Shown: piece by piece, positions 52,246 through 55,667 of the stretch
Numbering within the stretch: the first letter of the stretch is position 1
Layout: every line of letters begins with the position of its first letter
UHGV virus genome: UHGV-0228215
DNA: 55,667 nucleotides
Source of the DNA: a virus
Direction: 5' to 3' (one strand)
Made by a program: the position numbers and the translations under genes
Notes under the pieces: model-generated
Database searches by the model: none
What the model was told of the DNA's origin: nothing
Seen by the model: the letters and a program-made list of their open reading frames with translations, nothing else

Positions 52246-53000
52246 CTCTCGTTTCTTATTTCATTTACATACCTCACGATTTGCTCAAACCTCCACCCAG
52301 AGGTGGGAGTGTCCTCATACCCCTTGGCGATCATCTCCTCGGCGGTGATTGGTCCGTCCCAGCCGTTCCACTTGTTGTTTGATCGAGTCCAGGTGTAGCG
52401 CTCGTTTTTGTCGCTCCACCAGATGTGGAAGACAATGAAGTCTTCACTCGCCTCGACGACTGCATCTCCGCAAATTCTCGCATCACCACTGACAGTGGCA
52501 TTTCCTCTCACTACGGCACCTTTGCTTATGTAGGAGTCCCCTGTGATATAGGCGGAGTCGCTCGCAATGGAGTCGACTACTGTTGACGTACCTGAAACAC
52601 CCACTTCCCCGGAAACGTCCGAGTGACCAATGACGTATGCCATATAAAATACTTTAGCGTCCCCATGCACCTTTGCGAGTCCGCTAACGACTGCGTAGTC
52701 GCCCACTACTGCCTGGTCATATACTTCTGCGTATGCACTTACTTCTGCTGAGTTCGATACACACGCATCTCCGTAGACCTTTGCACTGTCATAGACCTTG
52801 GCATCATCGAAGACCCAGCAGGATCCCTCGTGAGATAAGTTGTCCTCACCCTCAATGTAGCCACCGAGGTCTCCGGTATGAATTTGAGCGCCGTTACACT
52901 CAAAGTCTCTGAGCGCTTTTATGCGATATAGGAATGCCGGAAATCCATCCCCGCCGACCTCTCTGATGACGTCGTCAGTTAGTTCGTATTTCTTCTCCAT
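52242..53000 (-). CDS. Repeat protein with about 8-9-residue A.V.GDA.V repeats (beta-helix / bactofilin-like)
   Basis: AKVYDSAKVYGDACVSNSAEVSAYAEVYDQAVVGDYAVVSGLAKVHGDAKV... is a periodic hydrophobic/Gly-Asp pattern. Confidence 0.35.
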   Translation of the reverse strand: MEKKYELTDDVIREVGGDGFPAFLYRIKALRDFECNGAQIHTGDLGGYIEGEDNLSHEGSCWVFDDAKVYDSAKVYGDACVSNSAEVSAYAEVYDQAVVGDYAVVSGLAKVHGDAKVFYMAYVIGHSDVSGEVGVSGTSTVVDSIASDSAYITGDSYISKGAVVRGNATVSGDARICGDAVVEASEDFIVFHIWWSDKNERYTWTRSNNKWNGWDGPITAEEMIAKGYEDTPTSGWRFEQIVRYVNEIRNER

Positions 53001-53009
53001 AGCTCATCA

Positions 53010-53198
53010 TTACTCATTAGTGGTTTCGTCCTCCTCGAGGAGCTTTAGGGCGAGCTTAAGCCCCTGTATTTGCCCCGTCCTGGTGCATTGTATCAGTGCC
53101 ATGGGTGCGTTCACATCGACGAGGGCGGGAGGCTGTTGCATGATGTCGTCCTCCTCGATCTTCCGTATCTCCTCAAGTATCTTCTCTCTCAGTCTCAT
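53010..53198 (-). CDS. Small acidic early protein (paralog of the ORF at 52045-52245)
   Basis: See paralog note. Confidence 0.3.
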   Translation of the reverse strand: MRLREKILEEIRKIEEDDIMQQPPALVDVNAPMALIQCTRTGQIQGLKLALKLLEEDETTNE

Positions 53199-53470
53199 AT
53201 CTCGGTGTCGTTATTCTTCAGTATTTCCGATAGTCTCTCTCGGTGAGAGACTAGTTTCTTGCTCTTCATCCACAGGTACTGCCAGATGAGATCGTCATCG
53301 ATCTCATCTAAGATCGGTACGTACTCAGTTGCCCCTAAGTGCCAACTGCTCAGTATCTGGCAGCATATCTCCTTTGCCTCCTCGTCGGATTCAATGCTTT
53401 TTACGAGCTCGCTGGGCTCGATTGTTGTAGTGATCTCCATGGCTTTACTCGTTAGTGATTCCAAATTCAC
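53195..53470 (-). CDS. Small early protein (paralog of the ORF at 51836-52033)
   Basis: See paralog note. Confidence 0.3.
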   Translation of the reverse strand: MNLESLTSKAMEITTTIEPSELVKSIESDEEAKEICCQILSSWHLGATEYVPILDEIDDDLIWQYLWMKSKKLVSHRERLSEILKNNDTEI

Positions 53471-53768
53471 TCAGGTCTACGCTCTCTAAGTAGAGCAGGG
53501 CGCTAATCAAGTCATCAAAGGATTGCTGTCTGAGATCCTCGTAGCGGGTGCCGCTACCGGTGCTGGTCTCTCTGGTGATGGTCGCGACGTACAGGTGGGG
53601 GTCCTTTGGATCGGCGCCGTTTTCTAATGTGGCGTATATAAAGGTCCCGTCTGTCAGCGGCACGGAATAGGCTTCCAGCGCAAGGATGCCCCATGACGGG
53701 AAGCGTCGTGTCGACCTTGGCTTCAGTGGGGCTTCCGCCCCTGCGTTTGTGTGATTTGTCTCGCTCAT
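53445..53768 (-). CDS. First early-operon protein, divergent from the CI repressor
   Basis: First ORF leftward of the immunity region. No HTH recognisable. Confidence 0.3.
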   Translation of the reverse strand: MSETNHTNAGAEAPLKPRSTRRFPSWGILALEAYSVPLTDGTFIYATLENGADPKDPHLYVATITRETSTGSGTRYEDLRQQSFDDLISALLYLESVDLSEFGITNE

Positions 53769-53914
53769 AACGTTGTGTTACTTGTTTTTGCAGATCGAGC
53801 GAGTTTCTTTACCTTTACCCGTGAGAAAAGTAATGAATGGGGTGGCGTGAGAACTCTCGCCGCTCTGCTTTTGGTATCTATCTGGTCAGTCCGGTTGTCG
53901 AACTGACAGTGCAA

Positions 53915-53970
53915 ATATACGTAAGAAATCTTACGCTGCAAGCTAAAAGCGTAAGATTTCACACGCTTAT
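53915..53970. promoter_or_regulatory. Immunity-region operators: perfect palindrome CGTAAGAAATCTTACG plus related AGCGTAAGA...ACGCT site
   Basis: Read directly at 53920-53935 (7-2-7 palindrome) and 53949-53966. Lies between the divergent repressor and the early operon. Confidence 0.55.
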
Positions 53971-53992
53971 TTATGTTAACGTTTGTACGTAA

Positions 53993-54682
53993 TTGATTAT
54001 GAGTGCAGTAAAAGATCGGATTTACCAGCTTATAGACGCGAAAAAGATCGGGGTGCGTGAGTTTACTGACGCTATAGGGGTAAGCGAGTCCTATATCCGT
54101 AACATCTCTAAGTCTATATCTGCAGAGAAGCTTATGAGAATAAGCCAGCTATTCCCGGACCTCAATCCTGATTGGCTGCTCACAGGTGAGGGCTCCATGC
54201 TTCTTTCCGACAACCCGAAAACCACAGCCATCCCGATAGATGCACCAGAGGTGGTCTACCTACCGGTGGTGCCTCACTCTGCAAGAGCAGGCACGCTCGG
54301 GGAGTATGAGCAACTCTTTGCCGACGACTACAGTCGTCGACAGCCGATCATCGTGACCCGCCAAATGCATGGCAGGTATATATGCTTTCAGATAGAGGGT
54401 GACTCCATGGAGCCGACCCTCAGGCACGGGGACGTAGTGATGGCTCGGCACATCGACCGAGACTTATATAAGGACTCCAAGCTTCACCTCCGCTCGTGGA
54501 GCGTCTGGATCATCGTCACCCGCACAGATGGCATTCTCATTAAAGAGATAGCTGACCACGACGTCGAGGGCGGTGTACTCACGCTACACTCCCTCAACCC
54601 CCTCTACGAAGACCTCACTGTCCACCTCAGCGACGTCATCGACATCTACAACGTCATCGAGATCGTCTCTCGCCACCTGTAA
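53993..54682 (+). CDS. cI: CI-type repressor: N-terminal XRE HTH + C-terminal S24 (LexA-like) peptidase
   Basis: N-terminal HTH (IGVREFTDAIGVSESYIRNI). C-terminal FQIEGDSMEPTLRHGDVV (Ser nucleophile) and ILIKEI (Lys). Tool start at 53993 is TTG; ATG is at 53999. Confidence 0.85.
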   Translation: MIMSAVKDRIYQLIDAKKIGVREFTDAIGVSESYIRNISKSISAEKLMRISQLFPDLNPDWLLTGEGSMLLSDNPKTTAIPIDAPEVVYLPVVPHSARAGTLGEYEQLFADDYSRRQPIIVTRQMHGRYICFQIEGDSMEPTLRHGDVVMARHIDRDLYKDSKLHLRSWSVWIIVTRTDGILIKEIADHDVEGGVLTLHSLNPLYEDLTVHLSDVIDIYNVIEIVSRHL

Positions 54683-54693
54683 TATTTTGTACG

Positions 54694-55194
54694 ATGGCTA
54701 CAAAAACAAAACAAGTCCCTCTTTGGGCACTCGATAATATGGTGCTCGGAAAGAATGGGCTATTCTTAGAGAAAAAACAGAAGAGCCTTGCTGAGATTGC
54801 CTCTGGATCTCCTCTCTTTTACGACATAGAAACGCTTAGGTACTCGCGCGAGATTTGCGGAATAAGCGTTAGCACCTTTGTGCTTCTCTCGGATATGATG
54901 GAGTATAAGCACGGTCAGATAGGTCGGCTTATACTTGGCATTAAGAAACCTCAGAGAATGCAGGAGTTTATCTCACCTTTTTATCTTAAGTCGTATGAGG
55001 AGGCGAATGCCACCTTGGAAAAACTTCTCTCTGATACAGACTACTTCAATCAGGTATTAGAGGAATACGGAAGACATATCAAGGCGGGGAAAAAAGATAG
55101 GTCAGGGAACAGCTTTTGGGAGCCATTGTCGTTTTTCATAGCTGCCTTAGTGATAGTATTTGCAATCGCAATCATCATTGTCGCCACTACTTAG
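54694..55194 (+). CDS. C-terminally membrane-anchored protein co-transcribed with repressor (superinfection-exclusion candidate)
   Basis: Soluble 140-aa domain, then the TM helix LSFFIAALVIVFAIAIIIVATT at the C-terminus. Lysogeny-side position. Confidence 0.35.
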   Translation: MATKTKQVPLWALDNMVLGKNGLFLEKKQKSLAEIASGSPLFYDIETLRYSREICGISVSTFVLLSDMMEYKHGQIGRLILGIKKPQRMQEFISPFYLKSYEEANATLEKLLSDTDYFNQVLEEYGRHIKAGKKDRSGNSFWEPLSFFIAALVIVFAIAIIIVATT

Positions 55195-55234
55195 TCTGCA
55201 CTACTAAACTACATTTGCTAATACTGATAAGTCT

Positions 55235-55591
55235 ATGAGCTATCTACTTTACATCGCCCTTATGGCTCTATCCGGATGGGGTATCATTGAATTCCTTCCC
55301 GTACTCGCTTCATGGTCTATTGTGTGGATTATAATTGGGGGGCTTGCTCTCGGCTTTCTGCTCAATATGGTTCTATCGAGCTTGTGTGGAATATGTAATG
55401 GCATAGCGCTAAGGAGTGGAAGTGTGGCTTTTGTTGCACTTCACAAGGTGTTCGCCTTCGTTGCTATGGTGGCTGTCATCATAGCCATATGGACGACCAC
55501 TCAGGACCCATCTCTGCCACACTTGACTGCTGCGAGGATTATAGCAAGTATAGAGTCCTTCTATATCTTCGGGACGGAAATCGCCCAATAG
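55235..55591 (+). CDS. Polytopic small membrane protein (3-4 TM) downstream of repressor
   Basis: Hydrophobic helices throughout (LLYIALMALSGWGIIEFLPVLASWSIVWIIIGGLALGFLL...). Confidence 0.35.
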   Translation: MSYLLYIALMALSGWGIIEFLPVLASWSIVWIIIGGLALGFLLNMVLSSLCGICNGIALRSGSVAFVALHKVFAFVAMVAVIIAIWTTTQDPSLPHLTAARIIASIESFYIFGTEIAQ

Positions 55592-55667
55592 CCTTGCGGT
55601 GACGCTCTCAAATTTGCACAGACCGTACACTTCGGGCGGTCATAGACCGGATCAAGCCGGCACGTGT

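Overview
This window looks like nearly all of a ~55 kb temperate tailed phage (prophage) from a high-GC host. BACON domains, a Bacteroidetes-type HU protein and a Bacteroides-style integrase N-terminus point to a Bacteroidales-like host. Almost all coding is on the minus strand. Layout, left to right:
- Left junction (1-200): a partial tRNA 3' end (T-arm GCGAG-TTCGAAT-CTCGC plus acceptor strand), taken as the attachment-site core, followed by a tyrosine integrase on the plus strand.
- Lysis cassette (1.5-2.7 kb): a lipoprotein with a C-terminal transmembrane anchor (u-spanin-like), an L,D-transpeptidase-like enzyme and a transmembrane/coiled-coil protein.
- Packaging (2.7-5.4 kb): large terminase, preceded by an HU-family DNA-binding protein that sits where a small terminase would.
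- Tail fibre / decoration (5.5-10.8 kb): a run of small BACON-domain proteins sharing an MSEKR N-terminus, plus larger fibre-like and Cys-rich proteins.
- Head (10.9-13.2 kb): putative major capsid protein and scaffold.
- Plus-strand insert (13.4-14.1 kb): a secreted Ada-like zinc-ribbon mini-protein and a sigma-70-region-4-like HTH protein.
- Giant gene (14.1-31.6 kb): one uninterrupted 17.4 kb ORF (~5,800 aa). I can see a ParB-like GxxRxxA motif, a HEXXH metallopeptidase motif, N6-adenine methyltransferase motifs, a complete SNF2 helicase and a Gly-rich hydrophobic C-terminus. This is a candidate packaged, injected DarB-like 'polyvalent' protein.
- Internal virion proteins and portal (31.6-39.1 kb).
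- Regulatory island (39.2-41.1 kb): structured non-coding region, XRE regulator and a very acidic protein.
- Replication / recombination (41.2-49.2 kb): SNF2 helicase, VRR-NUC, an AT-rich iteron origin, AEP primase fused to a P-loop helicase, SSB with a DLPF tail, and a DUF2800-like PD-(D/E)XK exonuclease.
- Early region (49.2-53.8 kb): small genes, including duplicated paralog pairs.
- Right end (53.9-55.6 kb): immunity region with palindromic operators, a divergent S24-peptidase CI repressor and two membrane proteins.
The most unusual features are:
- the giant multi-domain ORF;
- three 22-bp iteron-like tandem arrays that share a CnGTTGCGG core and sit at internal operon boundaries;
- a dispersed 9-bp GTCGGAC periodic repeat.
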